In this document: piece by piece, positions 51,112 to 64,000 of the stretch
Layout of the letters: every line of letters starts with the position of its first letter
Numbering within the stretch: the first letter of the stretch is position 1
Made by a program: the position numbers and the translations under genes
The notes under the pieces: generated by a model
What the model was told of the DNA's origin: nothing
What the model saw: the letters and a program-made list of their open reading frames with translations, nothing else
Database searches by the model: none
NCBI GenBank assembly: GCA_039545335.1
Contig: BCIN01000008.1
Location: 755,528-819,527, forward strand
DNA length: 64,000 bases
Direction of reading: 5' to 3'
Source of the DNA: Kondoa subrosea
Taxonomy: Eukaryota

Positions 51112-52448
51112 CTAGAATGCGACACCTGTTAACTTCTCACTGATATCCCATAGCTGTTTGGCGTTTTCCTGTCCTCGGGCTCAGTTAGGCGCAACCTTTC
51201 AGAGACTGGAACTTACCGAGCTTGAAGCATATTCCTTGAAACTGTCCTTGCCTTCTGCGGGTGCGAATTGACAATCCACGAGATATGTCCCGTTGCGATC
51301 TGTACAATCAATAATCAGTTTCATACCGGTCAGAAATAGTAGACATGCCTTTGATATCGTTGTCGAAAGCAGCCACAATGTGCGTTGATGCACCTTCTTC
51401 AACAGTCTATGCAGATGCAACCAAATTAGCGCAGCTCGCATAGTCAAAGACATGACTCAACGCACTTTCATCGTAAATCGCTCACTTTCCATGATTGGTT
51501 TCCCATCTTTATCAGCAAATCCCATAGCTGTAGTGATAATTCAGAAGAACTCTTTCAAATGCAGTACACGAACTTACCGATCTTCTCATCATCTGGCATG
51601 TGACGGAAAACACCTATCATAGGAAATGAGCACCAACAGTCTCCTCCCAGGTCATGCATACTCACCACTATGAATCGTTCCAGGATGTAAACTGAAAGCC
51701 AACAATCCCTTTTCCTTTGCAAATTTATCTTTCAAGCCAACAGAAAAGAGAGAGTTTGCGGTTTTAGCTTGACCGTAAGCGACAAACTTGTTGTACTTCT
51801 CGCCTGAACTGAATCCAATGTCATCGAAAAGTACAGGAGAGATGTGATGCGCTCCTGATCCAACATTGACTATTCTTGGAGAAGAGGATTTGAAGATTTG
51901 ATCTTTGAGTAAAGCAGTCAGGTAGAAATGGCCAAGATGATTCTGAGCACCTGGTATCAGATCAATGCTGCAGCGATTGAAATGAAGCTTACCGTTCCCA
52001 ATTGCTGATCTACTTCAGGGAATTCGCTCTTGATGTAAGGAGAAGCCATCACTCCAGCATTATTAATCAATACATCAATAGGCACGCCAAATCCGATGAT
52101 CTTCTCTGCAGCAGCTTTAACAGATTCAGGAATGCCCAAATCAAGTTCAACAGTTTCGATCTTGGCACCATCTGCAGCTGTTTTCTTGACTTCTTCTCTT
52201 GCTGCTTCTAGTTTTGAAGCTCCTCGACCTGCTATAATAGTTGTCGCTGCTCCATATTTGGCTACCACTCGAGCTGTCTCCAATCCTAAACCTCCAGTCG
52301 CTCCAGTAACTGTACTGGATGAGCCAGATACAGGTAGTAGAGGAAGTTTAGGAAACGTACTGACTACATTCTTTCCTTTGATGTTGTCCTTGTAATATGA
52401 AGCAGCTTCATCCGCTGTTGTATGAGCATTGAAGGACGGGTTTGGCAT
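51112..52448 (-). CDS. Short-chain dehydrogenase/reductase (retinol dehydrogenase/WWOX-like)
   Basis: 'TGATGGLG', 'IDVLINNAGVMA', 'NHLGHFYLT', 'YGQAKTAN', 'LHPGTI'. Confidence 0.92.
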
Positions 52449-52807
52449 GATTCAATGAGATTGCGTAATAACGGTAGATGAAATAACAGCAAGAATGGAT
52501 AGCAGACTGAGCAGTTAGACAAAGAAGACAGGATGAGCGGCTGCATTAGATGCGCAAGAATTGATCAGCCTTTTGAGCAAAATGAAAGAATGGCCGAAGG
52601 AATCGGATAGAGAGCGACATAAGAGGGACAACGCGTATAATAGCAGCAGCAAAACAACATAGACAAACATCGAGCAATACAACATGACTGAAGCAGGACA
52701 AGTTGTGACAATGCATTTTCCGATTTTTCGGTTCTTCGCAGTCGAGCGCGCACAACAGAGATTATACCCAGAGCAAGTCGTCATATCCTTAGATCCTATA
52801 TACAACC

Positions 52808-54270
52808 ATGGCTTTCAATCAACCCAAGCCAGTCTTCACAGACTTGGAAGTTGCCAATCCTCCAACCGATTCTATTTCATGCATGTCCTTTGCACCTGTA
52901 GCTGGTCAAGGTGTAGATTACTTGGCTGTTGGATCATGGAGTAATGAAGTAAGGGTGTATGAGATAAATGGTCAAGGACAATCGCAACCGAAAGCATCCT
53001 ATTCTCACGAAGGACCTGTGTTATCGTTAATCTGGTCTCCCGATTCGAGTAAAATCATCTCTGCTGGTGCGGATAACGCTGCAAGAATGTATGATGTTGC
53101 AACGGGCCAAGCGCAGCAAGTAGCTCAGCATGATCAACCGATCAAAAGTTTAAAGTGGGTAAATGTTGGAGGAGCGCCTGAGTGAGTAGTCATAAGCCTT
53201 GCAAGGTGTAATTCAGCTGAAAATCATACAGTTGTCATCTTGTTACGGGTTCGTGGGATCGTACACTCAAGGTAATGCTTCACGACGATCGGATTTGATT
53301 GAATGAAGCTTACTGGATGATAAGTACTGGGATCTACGTTCGCCTACACCGATAGCGACTGTCAATTTACCAGAACGTCTTTACTCAATGGACGTCTCAG
53401 GTCAATACCTAGTAGCCGCTTGCGCCGACAGACATATCGTCGTGTACAACTTATCAGACCCGAGCAAACCTTTCAAAGAACCTAGCAAATCTACTTTGAA
53501 ATGGCAAACGAGGGTAGTAAAATGTTTCCCTCAAGGGACATCTGTTCCAGGTTATGTGATTGGTAGTATTGAAGGAAGAGTGGGAATTTGTTACATCGAA
53601 CCGTTCGTCTTCGTCATTTGCAGCTATTAATCTATACATTGATTTGCATTTTGGGACTTTGAACAGTAATGCAGAAAAAGACAATTATTCTTTCAAATGC
53701 CATAGAGTCGATCAACCTGGTCCAAAGCCTGTTTCGCTCGAAAGACCAAACGCAAGCATATACGCAATCAACGATATCGCTTTCACTCAAATAGGAACAT
53801 TCGCATCTTGTGGTGGTGACGGAGGCTTCTCCTTTTGGGACAAAGACAACAAGCAGAGATTGAAAGGTGCGCTCCTTGCTTTTTCAACCTTAAGTCACCT
53901 TCAGAACTCATGTGATGGAGCCAGAGGTCAACGATAGAGGGGGACCGATTACTTGTGGAAGTTTCTCACCTGCTGGCAACATCTTTGCGTATGGTTTGAG
54001 CTAGTAAGTCGCGGTTGTGAGATCTTGTTCAATAACAGCTGACCCTCGCTTGCGTAGTGACTGGAGTTTGGGTAAGCTATCAACAGAAGGAATCTAAAGA
54101 CGTGTCAATACTCACTTCTCGCCGTAGGACATCAAGGCAACAATGGGCAATCACCAACAAAAGTCATGTTGCATGCATGTAAAGTAAGCCTCAGCTTCCT
54201 GTGCGCTCTTTATAAGTACTGATCCCTCATGTAGGAGGAAGACATAGCTAAGAGACCAAAGAAGAAGTAG
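52808..54270 (+). CDS. RAE1: mRNA export WD40 protein Rae1/Gle2, copy 1
   Basis: 'EVANPPTDSISCMSF', 'VTGSWDRTLKYWDLRS', 'STLKWQTR', 'GSIEGRV', 'YSFKCHR', 'FSFWDKD..RLK'. Confidence 0.9.
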
Positions 54271-54632
54271 AAGAGCTGGACTCGACAGGTCATTCAAGGC
54301 AGCATGGCATCACGATTGTAATATTGCAAACGACTCATGTACAATTCATATAGCTCATCATCAGATTAGTCATTTAGTACTGAGTGATGGAATATTCTAA
54401 TCATGCACTTGTCCGCAAACATCGACTTTCTATTTTGGTCCAAAAGAGCGGCGCGAGCTATAGGCAGGCGGCCCTGATATCCCTGTCTGCCATTGGATAC
54501 CCAGTCGCGGCTGTCGAGAACTCTTCTGACTTTCGATTCCGAATCATTACTAAGTGTATTACTTCGAATTTCAAGCTGTCAACGCTCTCCCCACCATTCC
54601 TCTTCTCATCTCTTTGATCCTCAATCGTAACG

Positions 54633-56218
54633 ATGGTCTTCAATTCTCAGCTGAAACCACAAATCGTTGATGCGGAAGTAGCCAACCCACCTACCGACTC
54701 TATCTCATGTATGGCCTTCGCACCTCAAGCTCCTGGAGCAGGTGTAGACTTCCTAGCTGTTGGATCATGGAGTAATGAAGTCCGGGTGTACGAAATCAAT
54801 GGACAAGGTCAATCACAACCTAAAGCTTCTTATTCTCATGAAGCACCTGTACTGTCTTTGATTTGGTCACCGGATTCAAGCAAGATTATTTCAAGTGGTT
54901 GTGATAATGCGGCTAGAATGTATGATGTTGCTACGGGTCAGGCTCAACAGGTTGCGGCACATGATCAACCTATCAAGAGTGTGCGTTGGGTCAGCGTGGG
55001 AGGTTCTCAAGAGTGAGTGTTGCTGCTTTTGTATCTCATTGTGATGATACAACCGAGCTTCCATCTCATAGTTGTCATATTGTCACTGGATCCTGGGATC
55101 GTACACTCAAGGTCAGCTGTGCTCACTCTGTTCATCTGTAAGATGTAAGAAAGGGCTCACAAAGTATGACAGTACTGGGACCTTCGTTCACCACAACCAA
55201 TCGCGACCGTAGCATTACCAGAACGACTTTACTCGATGGACGTATCAGGTCAATGGCTCGTAGCAGCCTGTGCAGATCGTCATATGATGATTTACAACCT
55301 CAATGGCGACCCCAGTAAACCACACAACACTAGGGAAAAATCTAGATCGACATTGAAATGGCAAACTAGAGTCGTCAGAAGTTTTCCTCAGGGTACTAGT
55401 AATCCCGGTTTCTGTATTGGTGGGATAGAAGGAAGAGTTGGAGTGTATTACATTGATGGGTACGTTTTTCAAAGTCTTACTTACAATGTGCCAATGTTGA
55501 TCAAGAAAACAGGAGCGAAACGGATAATTACAGCTTCAAGTGAGCTACTTCTCACTTCCATAAGCGGGAAACTAAAGCAGCTGTTTGGGTAGATGTCATC
55601 GAGCTGATCAACCAAACAAACCTGCAAGTCTCGATAAACCGAATCAAACAGTTTACGCAGTCAATGATCTATGTTTCACACATTATGGGACAGTGGCTAG
55701 TATGGGAGCGGACGGTAAGATATGCAACAAAAGTAGCATTTATTCGCTGACAGTGTTCCGCAGGTGGTTTCTCGTTCTGGGTTTGTCATTCTTGCCTTTG
55801 TTAACGTATCTCGAGATTTACTTTTCTGCAGGATCTGGCTGCGAAGCAAAGGCTGAAAGGTTGGTTCAAACAGAATGATATCTCAGCTTTATCTGATAGG
55901 TCATTGTGCCGCTGACAGAGGTTACGGATCGAGGAGGACCAATCACATGCGGCACTTTCTCGCCAGCTGGGAACATCTTCGCCTATGGTCTCAGCTACGA
56001 TTGGGGTCAAGGTCATCAAGCGAACAATGGATCCGCTCCGACTAAAGTCATGTTGCATGCTGTTAAGGTTCGTTCCGAGCCGGTTCTGCTTAAGCTTTGA
56101 TAATTCAGGCTCAATTTATCCGCGCATGTAGGAGGAAGATATTCAGGTTAGTTGTATCATCTTTCGTTGTAGAGATTCAGATGCTTATTATTGCTAGCAG
56201 AAGAGGAAGAAGAAGTAG
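54633..56218 (+). CDS. RAE1: mRNA export WD40 protein Rae1/Gle2, copy 2 (tandem paralogue)
   Basis: Collinear with copy 1 (EVANPPTDSISCMAF, STLKWQTR, GGIEGRV, AGNIFAYGLSYDW); intron set differs. Confidence 0.88.
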
Positions 56219-56454
56219 TAGCAGCATCTCTCAACTTCTGAAGGGGCAGTGCGAGAGTTGGTCTGTATTGTATCAGTAGATCATAGATTGCTTCTGAAAC
56301 GGGGCAGCGTTTTTGAGCGGCGACCATTCAGTCTCAGCTATTGATATCTGTGAGATTGTCTCTGTTCGGTTCTCGCTCTCGAACCTTGACAGTGAAGAAA
56401 TCACACATACCTGCTATGGCTGGCATATAACCAAAGAGAGAGAGTCCCTATACC

Positions 56455-59400
56455 ATGCAGCCAATCACGCATTCAGATATGCTGCATGAATGTCTAGCGG
56501 AAGAAGAATCAATGTCGCACCAATCACAAGCCGTGAATCGTCGCATGAAGTCTGCTTTCAGCGTGGACTCCTTAGGAGACATGGGGACAGACGATAACAG
56601 CGGCTGGAACCTTCCTGAAGATCAATATATGCAATCTTGGCCCACGTCGACTGCCACGAATCAGCAATTTCAGAACTTCGCTGGATCACACTATACTGAT
56701 CCCATAGCTATGGATACGAACATGAGCTCGAGCTCCTCTGATGGTCTTGCATTGGAAGATTTGATCGAAACTCAGCATTGCGGGTCAGTCCCTCTTTTGC
56801 TGTGAACGGGATCGTAGAGTACTCATTCTTGTTCTTATAGACCTAGTGTGGAATCCAGCGCTCTGCAATTGGACTTGCAACCAATTGCTTTGCCGGAGCT
56901 CGCGCTTCAAGTGACTCAACAACCGCAATACCAATCCTGCACAACCGAAAGTCTACCTCCGCCCAATATGTCGACTGCAGACTCTCCTTCAACTAGCTAT
57001 CGGTCCTGTCGTTCCTCTTCTTCGCCTCAACTGGAAGCGAGCACAAGTTCTACAATCGCAACACCGGCTCAAGCTGCTTGTGAATTATTGGTTCTTGGTT
57101 TATCAGATGCAGCAACACGTACCAGAGTAGAAACGCAAATCAAACTTTCCCTTGTCCTTATAGAGAAGACGAACCCAAACTCAGGTCGATTGACAAATAC
57201 AGAAGGTGAACTCTTACCTTCTGCTGCTCAACATGCCAGCCGAATCGGAGATTGGTCTCATATCAAATTACCTTCTTTCGCTGCAATCAAGAAGAAGAGC
57301 AAGAAATTGGTGAAAACGGGTATACCAGATGAAGAAACCCTGTTCATGGAAGCTCATGTAGTCAAGAGCTCTGGTGAGAATGAGGAAGTCTTCATTTGCG
57401 AGAATTGTAGATCGAGGGAAACGAAGCGTTCGCAAAGGAAAAGGACTTCCAAGACAAAACCCGAATCGGAACAAGTTGTCGCTCCCACTATTTCCGCAGA
57501 AGCGCAACAGCTTAACAGCGATCCTAGAAGAATACTCTTGTTCAACTGTGGAGAGTATGTCGAGTTTGGGACGGGCGAAGTGTCGCTCCAGACTCGAATC
57601 GCTTGCTATTGTCGGCATCACTCAGAGAAATCAGGTTTCAAGTGAGTTGTCAATGCCCCCAAGATAAGTTTCAGACTAAGCTTGCTGATGAAAGGATTCA
57701 ATTTATCCTTCGTGACCATCTTGGAGCTGAGATAGCACGGGCTCTTTCACCTAAAATTTTCACCACCGATGATCACAAAGCAAAGCCCAGAAGTACCAAC
57801 ACAAGTCGCAACAACAGCAGTGAAAACCTCACGCAAGTCGCAAACGTCGGATCGATCTCTCCTGTTCAACTCAACCTAAAGCGTAGAACTTCTCTTCCTC
57901 GACAAACTAGTCCAGCTCAAGTCAAGCCTGACAGGAGAGGTTCAAGCAAGCCTTACGATGCGTCTACAAGACCTCGAAAGCGCTCCACAAGTATCAGCAG
58001 ATCATCTCAATTCGCAATGACACCTCTTGAGCATCGATCCCCAAATCCTTCCTATGTCGCTCTTCCTGACCTCGTAGCACCTCAAACAAATGGTCACTTC
58101 TCACCTACGCACTATCAGAATGCCTTTTCCGGCTTGTATCCGTCAGGCGATACTTCTACGCCTTCTTCACCTGGTGCAAGTGTCGACTCCTTCTCTTCGC
58201 TTGTTGGCAGTAGCGCGACATCGAATGATGCACACGAGCAGTCTGATCTCTTACCTATTCCCTCGAGCATTTTCTCTTCTCTTGATCCTAATCTTAACCC
58301 TCTGCCGAACCAGCCGAGAATCAGCAAACTCATTCCAGGTTCTGGTCCGACTATGGGCGGCATAGAAATCACTATCCTTGGAGAGAACTTTAACTCAAAT
58401 CTCGTTTGCGTCTTTGGTGATTCACCTGCCATACCAACCCAAATGTGGTCTTCCAATACTTTGGTCTGCATCTTACCTCCAAGTGCTAGTCCAGGCCCAG
58501 TAATTGTCGGTTTCAAGAATCATCCTATCAATTTAGATCTTTGTGGCAGCTTGCAACTGTTTACTTATTTAGACACCACGGATAGAGCTTTGATGGAACT
58601 TGCCTTACAAGTAATCGGACTGAAGATGAGCGGGCGTGTTGAGGGTATGTATTTGATTTGTCTTACATTGAACAGCTATTGATGTATGTGTAGGCGCAAG
58701 AGATATTGCTATGCGTATCATAGGTCAATCTCAAGCCGAATTGACGAACAATAGTCCATCTTCGAATCAAGCATATGAAGGCCCAGCGCGCAACGCTACA
58801 ACACTCAACAGTAATTCATCGTCCTCTTCCTTACCTAGACAAGCGTCATCCGGCGATATCAGGGCTCGGACAAGTGAAGGCGCCTTTGGCAAGCAGTACC
58901 CTAAAACCTTTGAGGGGACAGTCTTGCGTCTACTTAGCCTTTTGGACACAAACGTACAAGATATATCAAGTTCAAATGTCTCAAAACGAGATGCTCTGGG
59001 CATGAAGACGAAAGAAGGTCATACTCTGCTTCATTTGGCTACTGTACTTGGCTTTCACCGCTTAGTCGACTTCTTGATCAAGAATGCAGCACCGCTAGAT
59101 CGGAAAGATCGTAACGGCTTTACAGCTTTGCACTTTGCTGCACTATATGGAAGAGTCGCATGCGCTCGCTTGTTGATCGAAGCGGACGCGGCAACCTTCT
59201 TGAGAACATCCCTTGGTAGAACTGCTCAGGATATAGCTCGACAGCGTGATCAAGTGGATATTTCTGCTCTATTCCCTTCCCGGACTACCTCTGAAGTTAC
59301 ACTCACTCGAAGTCAGTCTCGTCATACTTCAAGAACTTCGTTGCGATCCTTTTTTTCTTCCGAAGCTGATGGCTATACCTCAGTCGAAGATGAATCCGAT

Positions 59401-60376
59401 TCCGATAATGATTCCTATTCTGGCGATGCGGGCTCAAGCGGATCAGATGTAGAGCGCAGGATTTCGCGCAATCCTTCGGCTGTCTCTCTACCAGCTGATT
59501 ATGCGCAAGAACAGGAAGAGGATGAAGCCGAAATTATTAAAGCTCATCCAGCTTCTTCTCCTGTCACAAAGAGAGAAGAGATGTCCACCACACCCCAGCC
59601 AAGCTTATTCGATGTAGCTGCAGCTTATTCAACATGGCTAGCTGAAGCTCTTACCCCTCAAAAGCCAGATTGGTCTGTCAAAGCTTCCGTGGCCAAGATT
59701 CCAACTTCAGTTCCAGGTTGGGAGAAGATTCCAGCTTTCCCTACTATAGCCGTCTTTCCTGCTGTCACACCTAACATTGATCCGAGAACTTGGTTTGCTG
59801 CAAATGAGAAGGGCAAAGGCAAAGAAATTAATACACCTTCATCTGCCAGAGTGCTGGAAGTACCTCAATTTTGGCGACCGTTCGATCAATATTTCAGAGG
59901 ATCCAAAGTCACCACTACTGCAGCTGAAGTCGAACCTGAAAGTATTCCACTTTATCCTCCGGGGCCTCAGGAGCAAGTGCCTAAAGCGCTGAGCTCGGAA
60001 ACGCCGAATCTCGTAGACGATCTGGTTAGTCTGCTGACGCAGGCTCAGAGATATCTGAAGCTGATGCAGTACCATCAGGGCACAAGTCTTTTGGAAGTGG
60101 TAGAACAGCAGAAGGAGAAATACAAGACCTTTAAACGAGATCACAGATTATTTCTTATTTGGTTGCCTGGTAAGTTTGTTGCTACATACAGTCGCAACAG
60201 AGCTAATTTCTTCGTTGCTTGTAGCAATACTTCGTAAGTCCTTGCATTGCATTATCGTTTCGCTGTGCTAATTTCAAGCAGTCGCTATCGCATACTTCCT
60301 CTACGTTGTCGACTTCAAGCACGCCTGGCCTTTATTGACTGGCTACAAGCGGTTGCTAGCGACAGCAGCGCATTGA
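56455..60376 (+). CDS. Membrane-tethered transcription factor Spt23/Mga2 (DNA-binding domain, IPT/TIG, ankyrin repeats, C-terminal TM)
   Basis: 'TRVETQIK', 'RIACYCRHHSEKSGF', 'ITTDDHK-like FTTDDHK', 'ISKLIPGSGPTMGGIEITILGENF', 'GHTLLHLA..GFTALHFAA', 'DHRLFLIWLP' before a hydrophobic tail. Confidence 0.92.
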
Positions 60377-61824
60377 ACATTATGAACCTGTATTTTATCG
60401 TCTATCCCATACGACATGTGCATGTCCACATAGGAAATGTTATAAAGTAATCTCTCTTGTCACTTGGAAGCATTGAGCGTGCCACTCTCGCTTGCGGACT
60501 CGAATTCACCTTCCGCAAGTTTCCATCCACCAACAGCGATTGACCTGGTATATATCCTTCCTTGATACCTATCAGGCATATCCATAGACTTCGCGAAATA
60601 GCAGTAGAAGACCCTCACTGCTTCACCGACTGCTCATCATTGCGTTTCTCTGGTTTCTCAATTAACAATTTCTCTGCTTTTGACGATCAGCTTCAGGGCT
60701 CTAGCGACCTGCCCAAGCTGGAAGGACATCCTCATGATATCAGCGCACACAGTGCAACTGAAACAGAACGACACGACAAGCTATTGGGAGCTGAAAATTG
60801 CCGAGCAGCTACAACTCTAGTAGTTGGAAGTACGCTTCAAACGGAAGCTATAGGGAGGAATGATGCACCAGTATTCGCTCATCATGTGAAAGCGAACCTG
60901 CGGCAAGTAGCCTCGTCTGATTGTCGATGTTTGCAATATATGCCATGATCCAACAAATATGGCCAGAGCGTCTATCCGATGCGCAACTTGAAGATCTCGT
61001 TGCCAGATTCCGAATTCATTCCGACCTGTCAGGCCTCTATGCTGCTTTGATATTCAGAACCTGACGGAATTTTGCAATTGATCAATCGACGGTAATACGC
61101 TGCTGGACAGTGTCACCACCAAGTTCTCATCAGAGGCAATGACGCCGACCCTCAAAACTGGCTAGTAGACGCTTACAGGCCAGCCGTCAAGGTATATATA
61201 GTATTCGATCGTTTCGGCCAATGGACACCTACATCAATTTACGAGTGGACACGATGGGACACCGGCCTCAGTGTCAAATAGATAGATTTCTCAGCTCAAG
61301 TCGGAAACTGCTCTCTCTACCATCTCTTCCTGCTCAGAGCTACCCTGCCTTAGGAATTACCTCGATTCAAGAGCCTCAACTCAAAACCCCTTCAGCTGCA
61401 ATTGTTCGAGATGCCGTCACTTTGCGCATCACTAAAGAATGCGATACCGCTCTTTACGTGTATCCTCAAGCTAAAGCGTGTACATACTCGGCTGTACTCA
61501 TTGTGTTTACTGCGGTTGTCATTCTCTCCATCCTCCGAACAAACATGCTCAGTGTACTTCAGTCGTGATCGCTCGGTCAGAGATTGTCAGCTGGCCATCG
61601 AGGGACATGCTCGGCTACTCTGAAAAGTAAGACGAATGTCAATTCACGCCGTTCGATTGATTTCCAAAGCACAAGGACGACGATATGATCGAGTGAGAAG
61701 AGTGTTGGCGCCTTTCTTCATTTCCAGTCCCCAGACCCTTCTTCACTGACGTCAGTTATGATGACCTGCTAGTCTTTACATAAAATGAAATCCCGGACCT
61801 CTTTTGCTCTCAACTACGACAGAT

Positions 61825-62975
61825 ATGCAAAGACAAGGCCAGCTCACTCGAGCTCACATGGATTTAGCACGGACTTTAGCAGCTCAGCATGTTCGAGAAA
61901 TGGAGCAAGGGCAAATCATCAAAGTCATTTCTCGCTCCAATACTTCAGTCGATAGCTCTATATCCAACAATGACAAAATGTGCTTGCTCAGAATCGCGGG
62001 CCGAATCGCTTACTGCAACAGACCAGATTTGATGGTTACTATTCTGGCTCAAGATATTCCAGCCCTGTTGTCGGCCAATATGCACAATCAAATGACACTG
62101 GAGAACGTGTACAGGATGGCCTGCACCACTGCAAGCGACTTTGGCAAATCCAGCAATAATCTGAGGGGTTTAAAGGATAGCGACAGGAAGACTGGCTTGT
62201 TGGCGTCGTTTCGCCTTTTCTGCGACACCGCTCAATACTTCCTGAATTCTGGCGATCACTCTAAAGCAGGTTGGGTGCAAAACATGCTCATGGCGACTTC
62301 GTCTACTCTTCTGTTACTAGTCTTCAAGAACCCTACTGTATGCGACGAGATAGCTGCAAATCTATCATTAGATGATTTGACACTACTGCGGACCGTTTCT
62401 GAACTTTACCGCAACCTACCTGTCCATCCAATTTCACCAGGTCTTCTCACACTCTCCAACGCTATGGTTCATATGGCATTCGGTCTCAATCCACCTGTTA
62501 CCAAGAAAGGCGATACCGGTATCTTCTCTGCTTTCCCATTGCCAACCAATCTCTACAAATTACCTAACGCTATAGCAAGATTCGACAAAGTCTTCCAATC
62601 TCGGCTCGGCAAGATCCTCACGATGACTGTGATGTTTGATTGCATTTGGTGTGGCTCTTCCTATGCTTCAGCTTCTATGGGTTATGTCGTTTCAGATGGA
62701 GACAAGATTGCAGCAAGGTACAAGTTTTGCGCTGGGTGAGTATTTGAGTTGATATTCTGTTTCGATCTAGCTCATTGCCTTTGTTATAGCTGTCATTCAG
62801 CTCAGTACTGCTCAAAGGAGTGGTGAGTTACTCTTGTCACGTAAGAGAAGGACTACGCTTGACGAGAGAAGTGAACAGTCAAGCTGCCGATTGGAAAGCT
62901 GGTCATAAAATTCAATGTTATGGCAAACGTAGAGATAGAGAAGAGAAAGCTGCAAAGGTAGAAGCGGAGCTGTAA
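61825..62975 (+). CDS. Protein with C-terminal MYND zinc finger
   Basis: 'CIWCG..YKFCAG|CHSAQYCSKE|CQAADWKAGHKIQC'. Confidence 0.75.
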
Positions 62976-64000
62976 AGGACGACACAAGAATCAGGGTGCT
63001 GTCACGTCATGAAGAAGCGGTTTCATCAAGTTTGTTTCGCAGTGAATGATGGATTGAGGTCAAGCAATGGGAAACTGCTACTACTCTTTTTGGCGCTCCT
63101 AGATTCAGTTGAGGCCGATGATGATAGGATGATGAATGATCTCAAATCGCAGAAGGCATCAACCTGTTTCAGTCAAGTACCTCAGCTGTTAATGAAGATC
63201 CACTGACAGAATTGGACTCTTAAGCTTTTCATTCCTTGTTCTCCATCATCATGAACATTTCAGTTATGCCTAGATCTAAGACTTGCGGGCGCTGAACCGA
63301 CCTAGTATGCTTACTCTCTACAAGCAAATCTGAGCATGTTATTTGGTCGTCTACCCACGAGGCCGCGTGATTGGATTGGTATTGCGCGTCTTTTTTAGTC
63401 TCTATCCTGGCAATCTGCGTCTCTTCTGCTGCTCGCAGTCCCCTTCACTTTGAGGGCAAGAATGATCGGCTCGATCTGCCTCCGTCCTATCAGTCATGAG
63501 ACTCAAACCTAATAAGCCAGCTCGTGAACCTCGTCAAGTACTTCAGACATCAAAAGATGGAATGAATTTTTATATTTGGTCTCTTCAATCCGAGCATCGC
63601 TATGCTTCATATGGCTTCTGGTGTCAATTCCACCTGTGAATAAGACAGCTGACATTGGCCTTCTCTGCTTTTCCCGTGCTAGGGAATCTTTGTATATCAT
63701 CCAACAAATAATCAAACAACCTCTTTAAGTTGTAGCCTCTTGATTGGGATCACTTCGTCTCAGGTCAATAATCCAAGGTACTACACTACACCTCCTGCAT
63801 CATGCTAAGACAGACCTGCGCGTCTGTTGTTGTCGACCCTGCTACGCTAGATACAACGCAGAAACATCAAGCTATCAGATTATGATACCTGGCCTTGATG
63901 TGCCTGCTGTGGTATCGTCAAGGGAAGTTGAGAGAGCACTTGGCGAGTGCGAGAAATTCAGTCCATCATCATGGGAACAAGAGAATCTGCCTAGGTTGTT

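Noticed and set aside
60450..61700. Short ORFs downstream of the Spt23-like gene
   Set aside because: Fragmented, with no motif or coherent splice model.
63009..64000. Short ORFs at the right edge
   Set aside because: No recognisable product; possibly a degenerate or truncated gene.

Overview
Gene-dense, intron-rich fungal genomic DNA, probably a basidiomycete yeast (GT-AG introns mostly ~50-60 nt, CTRAY-type branch points). Housekeeping genes include an ABCC transporter (5' part), phosphoglycerate mutase, a ZNF511-like C2H2 protein, a PQ-loop transporter, KGD1, a SIM/RING ligase, a LIM-RhoGAP, URA3, a methyltransferase, a GRAB golgin, a VPS9 GEF, NMD3, an SDR, tandem RAE1 paralogues and SPT23/MGA2. 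Accessory genes include MYND proteins, two thioesterase-like paralogues and a large Cys-rich secreted multi-exon gene. The main finding is five copies of a ~130-180 nt structured element (long hairpin usually with a URUGG loop, second arm with a cUUCGg apex, invariant GCCGGU) showing compensatory base changes. Each copy lies in an unusually long (266-357 nt) predicted spliceosomal intron. The hosts of four copies belong to an unannotated paralogous gene family whose two long members carry a HEPN-RNase-like RNxxxHG motif; the fifth host is a possibly related short locus. This is a candidate eukaryotic nuclease plus intronic RNA module. All exon boundaries and structures were read by eye and are unverified.
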